NCBI GenBank assembly: GCA_964654855.1 | Contig: CAZZJS010000001.1 | Coordinates: 299,899-363,898 of the forward strand | DNA length: 64,000 nt | Reading direction: 5' to 3' | From: an uncultured Rickettsiales bacterium | Lineage (GTDB): Bacteria; Pseudomonadota; Alphaproteobacteria; Rickettsiales; JALZUV01 | Shown: piece by piece, positions 36,862 to 47,308 of the stretch | How positions within the stretch are numbered: position 1 is the stretch's first letter | Layout: every line of letters begins with the position of its first letter | Notes under the pieces: generated by a model | Told to the model about the DNA's origin: nothing | Database searches by the model: none | What the model saw: only the letters and a program-made list of their open reading frames with translations | Translations under genes and position numbers: made by a program

Positions 36862-38310
36862 TTATTCTCCTGCTGCGAGTGAATAAACACGCTCGCCGTT
36901 AAATTCCATCAAAGATTCGAACTTTCCTACATCTAGGCCTGCATCAATCAATGCGGCTAGTAGAGCGGGAACGTCGGTAATATCTCCATCATCCGTCATT
37001 AAACGCAAACGGTAAAGGTCAGTACGGTTCATGCCTGGTACATGGTCTGGCCATACTTTGAGCCCTTTGCACGAGATGAGCTTAAGGTAGAATGGTCCTG
37101 TTTCAGCAGCAGAAACTTTACTGCCGAGATCATCCACATCGCTCAACCAATCCACAAACACATCCACACCAACGAGTTTTTTGCTCGTCACGGTTAGTTC
37201 AGTTTTTGGTTTTTCTTGAACGACTTGCTTTTCTTGTGGTTTCGCTTCACCAAAATTCACAACAGGGAAGGTGCTAGGCGTTTGGCCGAGGCGTTCAATC
37301 ACTGCATCGGTAAAGCCAACAGTGCCGACTTTTTCTTTACTCACGCCTTCTTGGTAGATGTCGCCTGTATGGATGCCATCTTCTATTGTTTTTAACCACG
37401 CGTTACGGATTTTTGCGGCAATTTCGGATTGTCCGATATGTACGAGCATCATGATGGCGCCTTGCAGCAAGCCCGATGGGTTAGCGAGGCCTTTGCCTGC
37501 AATATCGGGTGCTGAACCATGGATGGCTTCGAACATTGCGAAGTTTTTACCAAGATTAGCTGAACCAGCGAGCCCAACGGAACCAGAGATTTCAGCGGCA
37601 ATGTCGGAGATGATATCGCCATAAAGATTCTCGGTTACGATTACGTCAAATCGTTCCGGTGCATCGGCGATACGTGCTGCACCAATATCAATAATATAAG
37701 GTTCTTGTTCGATATCAGAGTAATCAGCGCCAACATCGCGGAAAGCTTGGGTGAAGATGCCATCGGCAATCTTCATGATGTTATCTTTGGCCATGCAGGT
37801 GACTTTTTTACGGTCATTTTTGACCGCATAATCAAACGCGTGGCGCATGATACGTTCAGACCCACTGCGCGTGATAAGCTTTAGTGAAGTCGCTGTATCT
37901 GCTGTATTGCGATATTCAACACCCGCATAGAGATCTTCTTCATTTTCACGGACGATCACTAAATCCATCTCAGGGTGTTTGGTTTCGACAAACGGGTGGT
38001 AGCTCTGACACGGGCGAATATTAGCGTAAAGGCCAAGTGTTTTACGTAGCGTTACGTTAAGCGATTTATATCCGCCGCCAATAGGGGTGGTGATTGGCGC
38101 TTTGAGGAGTATTTTATTACGACGTAAGCTTTCCCATGCATCGGCAGGAATACCAGTAGAGTTACCCGTTTTATAAACTTGTTCCCCTACTTCAATTACA
38201 TCGATCTTTAGCTTGGCTTCAACATTTTGTAGGATGCGTAACACCGCTTCCATAATCTCAGGACCGATACCATCGCCATATGCTACTGTGATTGGAACTG
38301 CTTCTGTCAT
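36862..38310 (-). CDS. icd: Isocitrate dehydrogenase (about 480-aa alphaproteobacterial form with C-terminal extension)
   Basis: Isocitrate/isopropylmalate dehydrogenase core (GDGIGPEI, NLYGDIISD, GSAPDIAG) plus a ~130-aa C-terminal extension, as in Rickettsia-type Icd. Confidence 0.85.
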   Translation of the reverse strand: MTEAVPITVAYGDGIGPEIMEAVLRILQNVEAKLKIDVIEVGEQVYKTGNSTGIPADAWESLRRNKILLKAPITTPIGGGYKSLNVTLRKTLGLYANIRPCQSYHPFVETKHPEMDLVIVRENEEDLYAGVEYRNTADTATSLKLITRSGSERIMRHAFDYAVKNDRKKVTCMAKDNIMKIADGIFTQAFRDVGADYSDIEQEPYIIDIGAARIADAPERFDVIVTENLYGDIISDIAAEISGSVGLAGSANLGKNFAMFEAIHGSAPDIAGKGLANPSGLLQGAIMMLVHIGQSEIAAKIRNAWLKTIEDGIHTGDIYQEGVSKEKVGTVGFTDAVIERLGQTPSTFPVVNFGEAKPQEKQVVQEKPKTELTVTSKKLVGVDVFVDWLSDVDDLGSKVSAAETGPFYLKLISCKGLKVWPDHVPGMNRTDLYRLRLMTDDGDITDVPALLAALIDAGLDVGKFESLMEFNGERVYSLAAGE

Positions 38311-38332
38311 AATTTTACTCCGTTAGCGCTTG

Positions 38333-40978
38333 CTACGCTGCACTTTCATTGTTTTTGGTTAATTCTTGTTTGATAGCTTCGAGAGCCTCTGAAACTTTGC
38401 TGCCATCAGGCCCGCCTGCTTGGGCCATCTCAGGGCGTCCGCCACCGCCTTGACCGCCAACAACCGGTGTAGCTACACGCACGAGTGCGGCACTATCAAT
38501 GCCAGATTCTTTCGAGGCAGCGACAACGATGGCAGCTTTGCCTTCAAAATCACTGGCTACAGCAACAATATCAGCATTATGTTTGGCCATAATCTCAGTC
38601 GCGAGGCTGCGTAAATCTTTCGGGTTGATGCCTTCAAAGGCTTGGAACGCAAAATCAATCGTGCCGATTTTTTCTTCCTTAGCACCCATGCCAGCACTTC
38701 CACCACTTAAGGCAAGTTTGCGTTTCGCATCGCCGAGTTCTTTCTCGAGACGTTTACGCTCTGCCGTCAAGGATTCCAATTTCTCTGGCAATTCAGGAAT
38801 TGGCGTTTTAGCGGTATCCGATAATTGCATGAGCGAGTTATTGCGCGCATTAAACCAATCAAATGCGGCATCACGCGTGACGGCTTCAATACGGCGAACC
38901 CCTGCTGCAAGCGCGCCTTCAGAGGTAATTTTAAGTAAGCCGATATCGCCAGTGCTATCCACATGCGTACCGCCGCAAAGCTCAACCGAATAATCTTCGA
39001 CACCCATGGCTACCACACGCACTTCATCGCCGTATTTCTCGCCAAACATGGCGGTGGCACCAGCTTCGATTGCGGCTTCTGTATTCATCAATTTCGTGCT
39101 AGTCGATTGATTCGCCCAAATTTGTTCATTCACGATGGTTTCGGTTCGCGCAATTTCCTCCGGTGTCAGGGCCTTCGGATGGCTAATATCAAAACGCAAT
39201 TTATCTTCGGCTACATCGGAACCTTTTTGGTTTACATGTTCGCCGAGTACTTGTTTGAGGGCTGCATTGAGCAAGTGAGTCGCTGAGTGATTCGCGCGTA
39301 GTTTAGTACGACGTTCTTGGTTTACTTCTAGCTCTAACACGTCCTCTAACGCTATATCTGCCAGAAGCTTTGTGTGATGCACGTGCAAGCTACCTGTTGG
39401 CTTACTTGTGTCAGAGATGGTGCCTAACAAACTGCCTTGTCTATGAACTTCACCTTGATCGCCTTGTTGTCCGCCTGACTCAGCGTAGAAAGGCGTTTGG
39501 TTGAAGAGTAGGGCGACTTCATCGCCTTTCGTTGCGCTTTTAACGGATTCGCCATCTTTAATAATGGCAATCAGTTGGCCAGCAGCAGATTCAGAATCAT
39601 AGCCGAGGAACTCGGTCGCGCCATGTTCGTCGCGCAATTCTAGCCAAATCTCTTCGGTCCCAGCATCGCCACTACCTTTCCACGCTGCACGTGCGCGGGC
39701 TTTTTGTTCAGCCATTGCCGTATCAAACCCATCAATATCAACGCTCATGCCTTGGCCACGCAGGATGTCTTGGGTGAGATCAAGCGGGAAGCCGTAAGTA
39801 TCGTAAAGTTTGAAAGCTGATTCGCCAGCCAGCTTATCACCTTTTGAAAGGCTGCTGCTTTCTTCTTCCAGCAGTTTTAAGCCACGGCCTAATGTTTCGC
39901 GGAAGCGTTCTTCTTCTAAACGAAGATTCTCGGTAATGGTTGCTTGAGCGCGTCCAAGTTCTGGATAAGCAGCGCCCATCTCATGAATCAAGTTTGGCAC
40001 AAGGCGGTGCATCAGAGGTTCTTTCGCGCCTAGAATATGCGCATGACGCATCGCACGGCGCATAATACGGCGTAGCACATAGCCACGTCCTTCATTGCTT
40101 GGTAATACACCATCAGCCATGAGGAAGCCGCTTGTACGTAAGTGGTCGGCAATCACACGGTGGCTGGCTAGTTGGTCGCCCGCGGCTTTCACAGAAGTCA
40201 ATTCTTCCGAAGCGGCGATGAGGTTGAGGAATAAATCCGTCTCATAATTATCGTGCTTACCTTGGAGTAGGGCGCTGATGCGCTCTAGCCCCATGCCTGT
40301 ATCAATCGAGGGCTTGGGAAGTGGATTGTCTTTGCCATCGGCTTGACGGTCATATTGCATGAAGACGAGATTCCAGATTTCAATGAAGCGGTCGCCATCT
40401 TCATCAGGGCTACCGGGTGGGCCACCTGGGATATGATCGCCGTGATCGTAGAAAAGTTCCGAACATGGGCCACAAGGACCGGTGTCACCGGCTTGCCAGA
40501 AGTTATCTTTGGTCGCGATTTTGATGATTTTATCATCGGATAGGCCTGCGATCTTTTTCCATAAGCTAATTGCTTCATCATCCGTATGATAAACTGTAAC
40601 AAGCATTTTGCTCTTATCGAGGCCGAAAACATTCGTCGTGAGATCCCAGCAATAGTGGATCGCTTCTTCCTTAAAATAATCACCGAAGGAGAAATTTCCG
40701 AGCATTTCAAAGAAAGTGTGATGGCGTGCTGTATAGCCAACATTATCGAGATCATTGTGTTTTCCACCCGCGCGAACACATTTTTGACTGGTGGTAACGC
40801 GTGGTGATGGCGGGGTTTCTAACCCTGTGAAAATATTTTTAAATGGCACCATGCCTGCTGCCGTAAACATCAGAGTCGGGTCTGACTGCGGCACAAGGGG
40901 AGAAGAGGGAAGAAGTAAGTGATCCTGTTTCTCAAAATAGCTCAAGAACTGAGCGCGAACATCATTCATCGTAGGCAT
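38333..40978 (-). CDS. alaS: Alanine--tRNA ligase
   Basis: 881 aa. [10 protein letters not shown], editing-domain HSATHLL...CGGTHV, C-terminal DHHA1. Confidence 0.95.
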   Translation of the reverse strand: MPTMNDVRAQFLSYFEKQDHLLLPSSPLVPQSDPTLMFTAAGMVPFKNIFTGLETPPSPRVTTSQKCVRAGGKHNDLDNVGYTARHHTFFEMLGNFSFGDYFKEEAIHYCWDLTTNVFGLDKSKMLVTVYHTDDEAISLWKKIAGLSDDKIIKIATKDNFWQAGDTGPCGPCSELFYDHGDHIPGGPPGSPDEDGDRFIEIWNLVFMQYDRQADGKDNPLPKPSIDTGMGLERISALLQGKHDNYETDLFLNLIAASEELTSVKAAGDQLASHRVIADHLRTSGFLMADGVLPSNEGRGYVLRRIMRRAMRHAHILGAKEPLMHRLVPNLIHEMGAAYPELGRAQATITENLRLEEERFRETLGRGLKLLEEESSSLSKGDKLAGESAFKLYDTYGFPLDLTQDILRGQGMSVDIDGFDTAMAEQKARARAAWKGSGDAGTEEIWLELRDEHGATEFLGYDSESAAGQLIAIIKDGESVKSATKGDEVALLFNQTPFYAESGGQQGDQGEVHRQGSLLGTISDTSKPTGSLHVHHTKLLADIALEDVLELEVNQERRTKLRANHSATHLLNAALKQVLGEHVNQKGSDVAEDKLRFDISHPKALTPEEIARTETIVNEQIWANQSTSTKLMNTEAAIEAGATAMFGEKYGDEVRVVAMGVEDYSVELCGGTHVDSTGDIGLLKITSEGALAAGVRRIEAVTRDAAFDWFNARNNSLMQLSDTAKTPIPELPEKLESLTAERKRLEKELGDAKRKLALSGGSAGMGAKEEKIGTIDFAFQAFEGINPKDLRSLATEIMAKHNADIVAVASDFEGKAAIVVAASKESGIDSAALVRVATPVVGGQGGGGRPEMAQAGGPDGSKVSEALEAIKQELTKNNESAA

Positions 40979-41062
40979 GGAATTGATTTAAAGAGTTTCG
41001 TCTCTCTGTGCAATACGCAAGTTAGGGATTGAAATTAGAATTAGAGCGGTTACATAAAGGGA

Positions 41063-41413
41063 ATGAAAAAGTTATTTGTTGTTAATATTATACTCGCTGC
41101 TTCGTTGATACTTTCAGGATGTGGTGAAAATGTACCTATGGGCGCACCGCCATGGAAAGAAACGGATAAGCATTTAAATTGTCAGCAACTGTTGCTTGAA
41201 ATGAATGATGCAAAATTCTGGAACCAAGTAGCGCAGAGCAAAAAGAAGATGGAAGTATCTGATTTTCTATGGCCGGTTGGCTATATTGGAACACGTGCCA
41301 GTGCGGAAGATGCAATTTCGGCGACGAATGCTCGCTTAGGTAATTTGCAAAATATTTATGGCATTAAAGGCTGCGGAAACCCTTATCCGGGTATGAACTT
41401 GCCGCCACGCTAG
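41063..41413 (+). CDS. Putative lipoprotein, unknown function
   Basis: Lipobox LILSGCGE. 116 aa. Confidence 0.5.
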   Translation: MKKLFVVNIILAASLILSGCGENVPMGAPPWKETDKHLNCQQLLLEMNDAKFWNQVAQSKKKMEVSDFLWPVGYIGTRASAEDAISATNARLGNLQNIYGIKGCGNPYPGMNLPPR

Positions 41414-41417
41414 ATAA

Positions 41418-42566
41418 TTAAGCTAAATCCAAAAAGGTGAAACGATCGCGGGTGAAGCGGGCGAGGGTGACGGCTTGCTGGTAATTGGCTTCAGGCCAGT
41501 CAATGGCCTCTGGTGAGAGAGGGCAACCTGCTGCTGTCAGTGCTTCAAGTAAGCGGTCATAGGGCAGAAGAATGTCGTTTATTTTTGCTGAAATACTTGT
41601 CCATTCTTCGGCAAACTTAGCGTTGAGAGCTTCAACCTTTTCACTATCGGGAAGTTTCGCATAAAATTGCTTCGAGGCTTGTTTATGCAGAGAGAGCGGT
41701 AAATGATTGAAACCATCCAAATCACCAATGGTAACGGAATCTTTCGCGAGGAGCGCTTCTTGTCGCTGTGCCATAGTGAGGCTGGTAATGGAGATATGCT
41801 CACCGTGATAACTATGAGGCAGGTTCGGATTTAACATCTCCATGGTATGCGCGATCATATGCTCGCTTTGCGAGGCTGGAGCAGAGGAACCACATTCGCG
41901 CATCGCGATGCCTGAGAGTAGGAGAGCCTCTATCAGTGCTTCGCTATCATTTATATTTTCAAGTAAGCGCGTTTCAGAATCTTGCATCCATTCGAAATAC
42001 AGAGGTTCGTAAGGCGTATCTAAGAGTAGATGCGATAATAGCCAATCTGCTTGCACGGTACTGCGGCAGAGCGTATCGCCAATTCCTGCGCGGATAAGGC
42101 GTTTAGGCGCGGCGCTTAAAATATCTAAATCGCAAATGACTGCGGTGGGCGCGTGGGCGCTAAGCGTTTGCTTATAGCCTTCTACTGTGATGGAGGCGTT
42201 GCCCGATACATAACCATTCATTGAAGGCGCGGTGGCGATAACGCTGCAAGGCTTGCCATCAAGGAAGCTCGCATATTTGCAAAGATCGTTCAGCGTGCCG
42301 CTACCTACGGCAACTAACACATCAGCTGAGGCGGTTTCTTGGCGGATCTGTTCCACCGTTTTATCATCTGCTTTGGGAGGTTCCGAGAACTCCATAATTG
42401 CCGCATTATGAGGCAATAGCGCCTTTGCTGCGGTAATCGTGTTTATATCTCCCACAAAATGCAGTTTGCCCGAATGCGCGGTTGATAAGAGATCGCCACA
42501 ATTATCCCCAACTTTTGCGAGAGTAATGCCATAATTAGCGAAGTCTGGTTTTGCCTTTTGTGTCAT
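41418..42566 (-). CDS. Fe-ADH_2 family dehydrogenase (sn-glycerol-1-phosphate dehydrogenase / AraM-like)
   Basis: VAVGSGTLNDLCKY, AGIGDTLCRSTVQADW, SEHMIAHTMEM...HGEHISI. These match my recollection of the G1PDH-family metal and NAD motifs. Confidence 0.55.
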   Translation of the reverse strand: MTQKAKPDFANYGITLAKVGDNCGDLLSTAHSGKLHFVGDINTITAAKALLPHNAAIMEFSEPPKADDKTVEQIRQETASADVLVAVGSGTLNDLCKYASFLDGKPCSVIATAPSMNGYVSGNASITVEGYKQTLSAHAPTAVICDLDILSAAPKRLIRAGIGDTLCRSTVQADWLLSHLLLDTPYEPLYFEWMQDSETRLLENINDSEALIEALLLSGIAMRECGSSAPASQSEHMIAHTMEMLNPNLPHSYHGEHISITSLTMAQRQEALLAKDSVTIGDLDGFNHLPLSLHKQASKQFYAKLPDSEKVEALNAKFAEEWTSISAKINDILLPYDRLLEALTAAGCPLSPEAIDWPEANYQQAVTLARFTRDRFTFLDLA

Positions 42567-42618
42567 AGGTGGTTACAACTACCCGATAATAAAAATAAAG
42601 AACAGTGGGGACAGCGTT

Positions 42619-43581
42619 ATGCGTACTCTTTTTTTAAGTCTAGTATCTGCCATCTTTCTTGCTGGATGTGCCAATGCGGCGAATCAATCCGTAGAATCAT
42701 GGGTCGAAGGCGTTAAACGTGATGCGTCGGCGAAAGGTATTTCATCAGGCACGGTCAATGCAGCGTTACGCGGCTTTAAGCCCAATGCAAAAATCATTCG
42801 TTTAGATCGTAAGCAGCCAGAGGGTACACTCAGTTTCGCACAATATATGGAGCGTGTGGTGCCAGCCTCGCGTATTAATCAAGGTCGCAAAATGTATCGC
42901 AAACATAAGGCGTTGTTAGATAAGATTGGCGCAGAGTTTGGCGTGCAACCTCGCTTTATCGTCGCACTTTGGGGTATCGAAACCAATTATGGCGGCAATA
43001 CGGGCGGCTTTAATATCATTCCAGCACTGGCGACACTCGCCTATGATGGCCGTCGTGCTGAGTTTTTCCGCAAAGAAATGATGCAAGCACTTCAAATTGT
43101 AGATGCTGGGCATATTCCGCTTTCGAAATTCAAAGGCTCGTGGGCGGGCGCGATGGGACAATCGCAATTTATGCCAAGCAGTTTCCTCGCTTACGCGCAT
43201 GATTATAATGGCGATGGTCGTAAGGATATATGGACAACGCAGTCGGATGTTTTTGCCTCAATTGCTAAATATTTAAGCCGTTCAGGTTGGAATGATGATG
43301 AGACATGGGGGCGTGAAGTGCGTTTACCGCGTGGCTTTAATCAAAAGCTGGCTTCTCGCAAAATCAAAAAGCCTTTGAGTGAGTGGGCGCGCATGGGGGT
43401 GACCAACGCAGATGGCTCGGCACTGCCTACACGTAATGTGCGTGCAAGTGTAGTCTATCCCGGTAAAGATGGCGAAGAATCTTACATCACTTACGGCAAT
43501 TACGATGTGATTATGAAATGGAACCGTTCAACGTATTTTGCGACTGCAGTCGGTACGTTGGCAGATGCAATAGGACGTTAA
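42619..43581 (+). CDS. Lytic murein transglycosylase (MltB/SLT_2 family)
   Basis: Lipoprotein signal FLAGCA. ALWGIETNYG, GAMGQSQFMPSSF, DYNGDGRKDIW. Confidence 0.85.
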   Translation: MRTLFLSLVSAIFLAGCANAANQSVESWVEGVKRDASAKGISSGTVNAALRGFKPNAKIIRLDRKQPEGTLSFAQYMERVVPASRINQGRKMYRKHKALLDKIGAEFGVQPRFIVALWGIETNYGGNTGGFNIIPALATLAYDGRRAEFFRKEMMQALQIVDAGHIPLSKFKGSWAGAMGQSQFMPSSFLAYAHDYNGDGRKDIWTTQSDVFASIAKYLSRSGWNDDETWGREVRLPRGFNQKLASRKIKKPLSEWARMGVTNADGSALPTRNVRASVVYPGKDGEESYITYGNYDVIMKWNRSTYFATAVGTLADAIGR

Positions 43582-43582
43582 A

Positions 43583-44518
43583 ATGATGAAAAAACTACTT
43601 ACTATAACCCTTGTAATGGCTTTGGCAGCTTGTGCTGATAATAGCGTTGGCCCTGGTAAAAATGCACCTGAAGATGTATCGCATTACCCTAAAGTGCCTT
43701 ACAAAGCCAAAGTCGGTAAATCGTATAAAATTATGGGTAAGTGGTATACGCCGCGTTACGACCCTACTTATGAAGAAACGGGTATTGCCAGCTGGTATGG
43801 TCCTGGTTTTCATGGTCGTTTAACGGCAAATGGTGAAAAATATAACCAAAATGCATGGACTGCCGCGCATACGACGCTTCCGATGCCATCTATCGTTCGT
43901 GTGACGAATTTGGAAAATGGTAAGGCGATGAACCTACGTGTGAATGATCGCGGGCCGTTTCATCCGGGGCGTATCATTGATCTTTCAAAAGCGGCCTCTG
44001 AAAAGCTTGGTGTGATTGAACATGGCGTAGCGAAAGTGAAAGTGGTTTACCTTAAAGCCGAGACTGAAGAATACATGAAGAGCCGTGGCAAACGCGGCGC
44101 GGAGCTTAACTACTCAGAAGGTTTTAGCGCCTATAACGGCATGAAACCTGTGAAAGCAAAGCAGATCCAACAGGACATTAAATCTATCCCGATTGAGCGA
44201 GTAGGCAATAGGGATGCTGCGCCGATGGAAACGGTTTCGATTGCCTCTCTACCAGATTTAACACCAAAAGAAGTAAAGTCTTATCAAGCGCCATGGTTGG
44301 TGCAGGTAGCCTCTTATGCAGATACAACGAATGCTCAAGATATGATGACGAAGCTCCGCCCTCTAGGTAAACCACTCGTGCAAGAAATTGCCGTAAAAGG
44401 GCAGCCTTATTATCGAGTATTGCTTAAGCCAACATCATCTAAAACCAGTCAATTCGGTTTACTCTCGCAGTTAGAAAACCGTTTTGGTATTTCTGATGCG
44501 AAAGTGATTAAACAATGA
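43583..44518 (+). CDS. rlpA: Septal ring lytic transglycosylase RlpA with C-terminal SPOR domain
   Basis: Lipobox MALAACA. DPBB core GIASWYGPGFHGRLTANGEKY...AAHTTLPMPS...VRVTNLENGK...VNDRGPF. SPOR-like C-terminus (WLVQVASY...YYRVLL). Confidence 0.85.
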   Translation: MMKKLLTITLVMALAACADNSVGPGKNAPEDVSHYPKVPYKAKVGKSYKIMGKWYTPRYDPTYEETGIASWYGPGFHGRLTANGEKYNQNAWTAAHTTLPMPSIVRVTNLENGKAMNLRVNDRGPFHPGRIIDLSKAASEKLGVIEHGVAKVKVVYLKAETEEYMKSRGKRGAELNYSEGFSAYNGMKPVKAKQIQQDIKSIPIERVGNRDAAPMETVSIASLPDLTPKEVKSYQAPWLVQVASYADTTNAQDMMTKLRPLGKPLVQEIAVKGQPYYRVLLKPTSSKTSQFGLLSQLENRFGISDAKVIKQ

Positions 44519-45624
44519 GATTCTTTCTAGCTTTTCTATTCATTGCTTTTAGCGCGCAAGCTGGGTTTGAAACGCCAGCTAAGCAAGCGATTCTTTATGA
44601 TGCAACGACAGGAACGACGCTTCTGAATAAAAATGCGGATAAACGCATGGGACCATCTTCGATGAGTAAGATGATGACGGTCTACATTGTGTTGGAGAAG
44701 ATAAAAAATGGTGAGTTGAAGCTTGAGGACACTTTTCATGTATCGGAAAAAGCATGGAAAAAAGGCGGATCAAAAATGTTCGTCAAATTGGGCGAAAAGA
44801 TCGCGGTAGAAGATTTGCTGCGCGGTATTATCATTCAATCAGGTAACGATGCTTGTATTGTCATCGCTGAAGGAATTGCCGGAACGGAAGAGGCATTTGC
44901 CGAGATTATGAATGTAAAGGCACGTCAGCTTGGTTTAACGGGTAGTAACTTTGCCAATGCGACTGGCTGGCCAGATCCGCAACATTATATGACCTCTCGT
45001 GATTTGGTCACGCTAGCTGAAGCGTTGATCCGAGATTTTCCTGAAAGCTATCATTATTGGGCGGAAAAAGAATTCACTTACTCTGATATCACCCAACCAA
45101 ACCGTAATGCACTTTTGGGCGAACTAGGGGTGGACGGTATCAAAACGGGGCATACGGATGCTGCGGGCTACGGTATTGCGACTTCGGGTGAGCAAAATGG
45201 TCGTCGTTTAATCGCGGTGGTGAATGGCTTGGATAGTAAAAAAGGACGTATCACCGCCTCGCGTGCATTGCTTACTTATGGGTTTAAGCAATTTGAAGCG
45301 ATGCAGCTTTTCGCCAACGGTGCCCCGCTGGACCAAGTGAAGCTATGGTATGGTGCGAAAGAGTCGGTAGGAGTGAAGGTCGAGAAACCATTGCTCATGA
45401 CGTTACCTAAACATGATAAATCGAACGTGAAGATGACAGCGGAATTTGTCGAACCAGTCGCAGCACCGGTGCAAAAAGGCCAAAAGCTCGGTGTTTTGAA
45501 GTTTGAAAGTAAAGGTACAGAGCCTATTACCTTGCCGCTGGTTGCGACTGAATCTGTTGCAAAGAGATCAATTCTAGGGCGCTTGCTTCCTACTTTCCGC
45601 TATCGTGTATTTGGAGAGAAATAG
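44515..45624 (+). CDS. D-alanyl-D-alanine carboxypeptidase (S11, PBP5/6-like)
   Basis: SMSKMMT (SxxK), QSGND (SxN), KTGHT (KTG). Confidence 0.85.
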   Translation: MRFFLAFLFIAFSAQAGFETPAKQAILYDATTGTTLLNKNADKRMGPSSMSKMMTVYIVLEKIKNGELKLEDTFHVSEKAWKKGGSKMFVKLGEKIAVEDLLRGIIIQSGNDACIVIAEGIAGTEEAFAEIMNVKARQLGLTGSNFANATGWPDPQHYMTSRDLVTLAEALIRDFPESYHYWAEKEFTYSDITQPNRNALLGELGVDGIKTGHTDAAGYGIATSGEQNGRRLIAVVNGLDSKKGRITASRALLTYGFKQFEAMQLFANGAPLDQVKLWYGAKESVGVKVEKPLLMTLPKHDKSNVKMTAEFVEPVAAPVQKGQKLGVLKFESKGTEPITLPLVATESVAKRSILGRLLPTFRYRVFGEK

Positions 45625-46241
45625 TGACCTCGCGCGGGCAGTTTATCAGCTTTGAAGGTGGTGAAGGCTGCGGTAAATCTACGCAAGTGAAGTTATTATC
45701 TCAAGCATTAACAGGGCGCGGAATTGATCATATTGTAACGCGTGAACCGGGGGGTACGCCTCTAGCGGAGAAAATTCGCCCCCTATTAGTGGAGGCGCAG
45801 GAAACGCAAGAAGATTGGAATCCGCTGGCAGAAACGCTTCTCTTTTTGGCAGCGCGTGTGCAGCATGTGCGCGAGAAGTTAGAACCTGCTTTGGCAGCAG
45901 GGCAGTGGGTGATTTGTGATCGCTTTACCGATTCAACATTGGTTTATCAGGGAATAGGTAAAGGTTTGGGTGTTGAATATTTACAAAAGTTGCAACAACA
46001 GATTCTTCCTGATTTCGCACCGGATAAAACAATCCTGCTCGATATTTCACCGCAAGAAGGCTTAACACGTGCAGCCAGCCGTGCCGAAGGTGAAGATAGG
46101 TTCGAACAATTAGATATTAGCTTCCATGAATCGTTGCGTGCAGGATTTTTGAAATTGGCGCAAGCGGAGCGCTTTACGACCATTGATGCCACACAAACCA
46201 TTGAACAAGTACATTCTCAAGTGCTGGAGGCAGTGCTATGA
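45624..46241 (+). CDS. tmk: Thymidylate kinase
   Basis: GTG start. FISFEGGEGCGKSTQ, TREPGGT, DRFTDST. Confidence 0.9.
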   Translation: MTSRGQFISFEGGEGCGKSTQVKLLSQALTGRGIDHIVTREPGGTPLAEKIRPLLVEAQETQEDWNPLAETLLFLAARVQHVREKLEPALAAGQWVICDRFTDSTLVYQGIGKGLGVEYLQKLQQQILPDFAPDKTILLDISPQEGLTRAASRAEGEDRFEQLDISFHESLRAGFLKLAQAERFTTIDATQTIEQVHSQVLEAVL

Positions 46242-47308
46242 GCGAGAAAATCTCTCCCATTATTGGCCACGAAAGCGCGCAGGAACAATTATCAAGTTTG
46301 ATGAAGCAAGGTAAACTTCCGCATGCAATTTTGCTCTCAGGCCCGCGTGGTATCGGTAAAGCAGCACTGGCTGATACGATTTCTCGTTGTTTATTAACGG
46401 GTGAGGCGGAAGCTGAAGAGGCGGGCGGCCTATTTGGCGAGGCACTCCCAACCGATGCTCCAGCACGTTTGAGCTACGACCTTGAACATCCTGCCATCGC
46501 GCGGATGGAAGCAGGTGGTCACGGTAATATCAAACTGGTTGAGCCATTGCGTGACGAGAAAAAGAAAATGTCTTTTACCACGATTAATATTGAACAAGTA
46601 CGTTCAGTTATTGATTTTATGCATCTCAGTACGTCTGAGGCAGGGTGGCGTGTTGTGATAATTGACCCAGCTGATGGGCTTAACCGTAATGCTGAGAATG
46701 CATTGCTAAAAGTGTTGGAAGAGCCGCCAGAAAAAACATTGCTTATGTTGGTGACGCATAAACCAGATAAGTTACTACCCACAACACGTTCACGTTGCCG
46801 TGAGGTAAAGTTACAGCCTCCTACCACACAACAAGTAGTAGAGATTTTGGCTAATCAGAAAGTGAATGTTTCGTTGGAGCAGCAAGAATGGCTTATGCAG
46901 CTTGCACCTATCTCAGCAGGTCAATGGGATCGCTATTTAAAGTTTGAGGCGGAAAATATCTATTATGAATGGCTCGAATTACTGGTGGATTCGGATAGTG
47001 CTTCCATCCAAAGCCTAGCAACGAAATTTGCCAAACTAGAGCCTGAAGCATGGCAGATGGCGGGTGATTTGTTGCTGTGCGTGTTACACCGTCTAGCGCT
47101 TTATGCACAAGGGCAGTTAGAATTACTGCCGCGTGAGGAAGAAACCATTCCGGCGCTAACTCAGCGTTACGATGCTTCGCATTGGTTCGCCGTGTGGCAG
47201 CAAGCTGTCGAATGGTGGCCACAAACTACGGGCGGCAATTACGATAAGAAGCAAGTCTTACAAAGCTTGTTGTTTCAAGCGTCATCTGGCGCTAAAAACG
47301 CTGCATGA
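46238..47308 (+). CDS. holB: DNA polymerase III subunit delta prime
   Basis: LPHAILLSGPRGIGK, NALLKVLEEPP, SRC motif (TTRSRCRE). Confidence 0.8.
   Translation: MSEKISPIIGHESAQEQLSSLMKQGKLPHAILLSGPRGIGKAALADTISRCLLTGEAEAEEAGGLFGEALPTDAPARLSYDLEHPAIARMEAGGHGNIKLVEPLRDEKKKMSFTTINIEQVRSVIDFMHLSTSEAGWRVVIIDPADGLNRNAENALLKVLEEPPEKTLLMLVTHKPDKLLPTTRSRCREVKLQPPTTQQVVEILANQKVNVSLEQQEWLMQLAPISAGQWDRYLKFEAENIYYEWLELLVDSDSASIQSLATKFAKLEPEAWQMAGDLLLCVLHRLALYAQGQLELLPREEETIPALTQRYDASHWFAVWQQAVEWWPQTTGGNYDKKQVLQSLLFQASSGAKNAA

Noticed and set aside
38499-40779. 164-aa ORFs at 38499-38993 (+) and 40285-40779 (-)
   Set aside because: One is antisense to alaS and the other is out of frame within it. The alaS reading frame has unmistakable motifs, and these ORFs have none.
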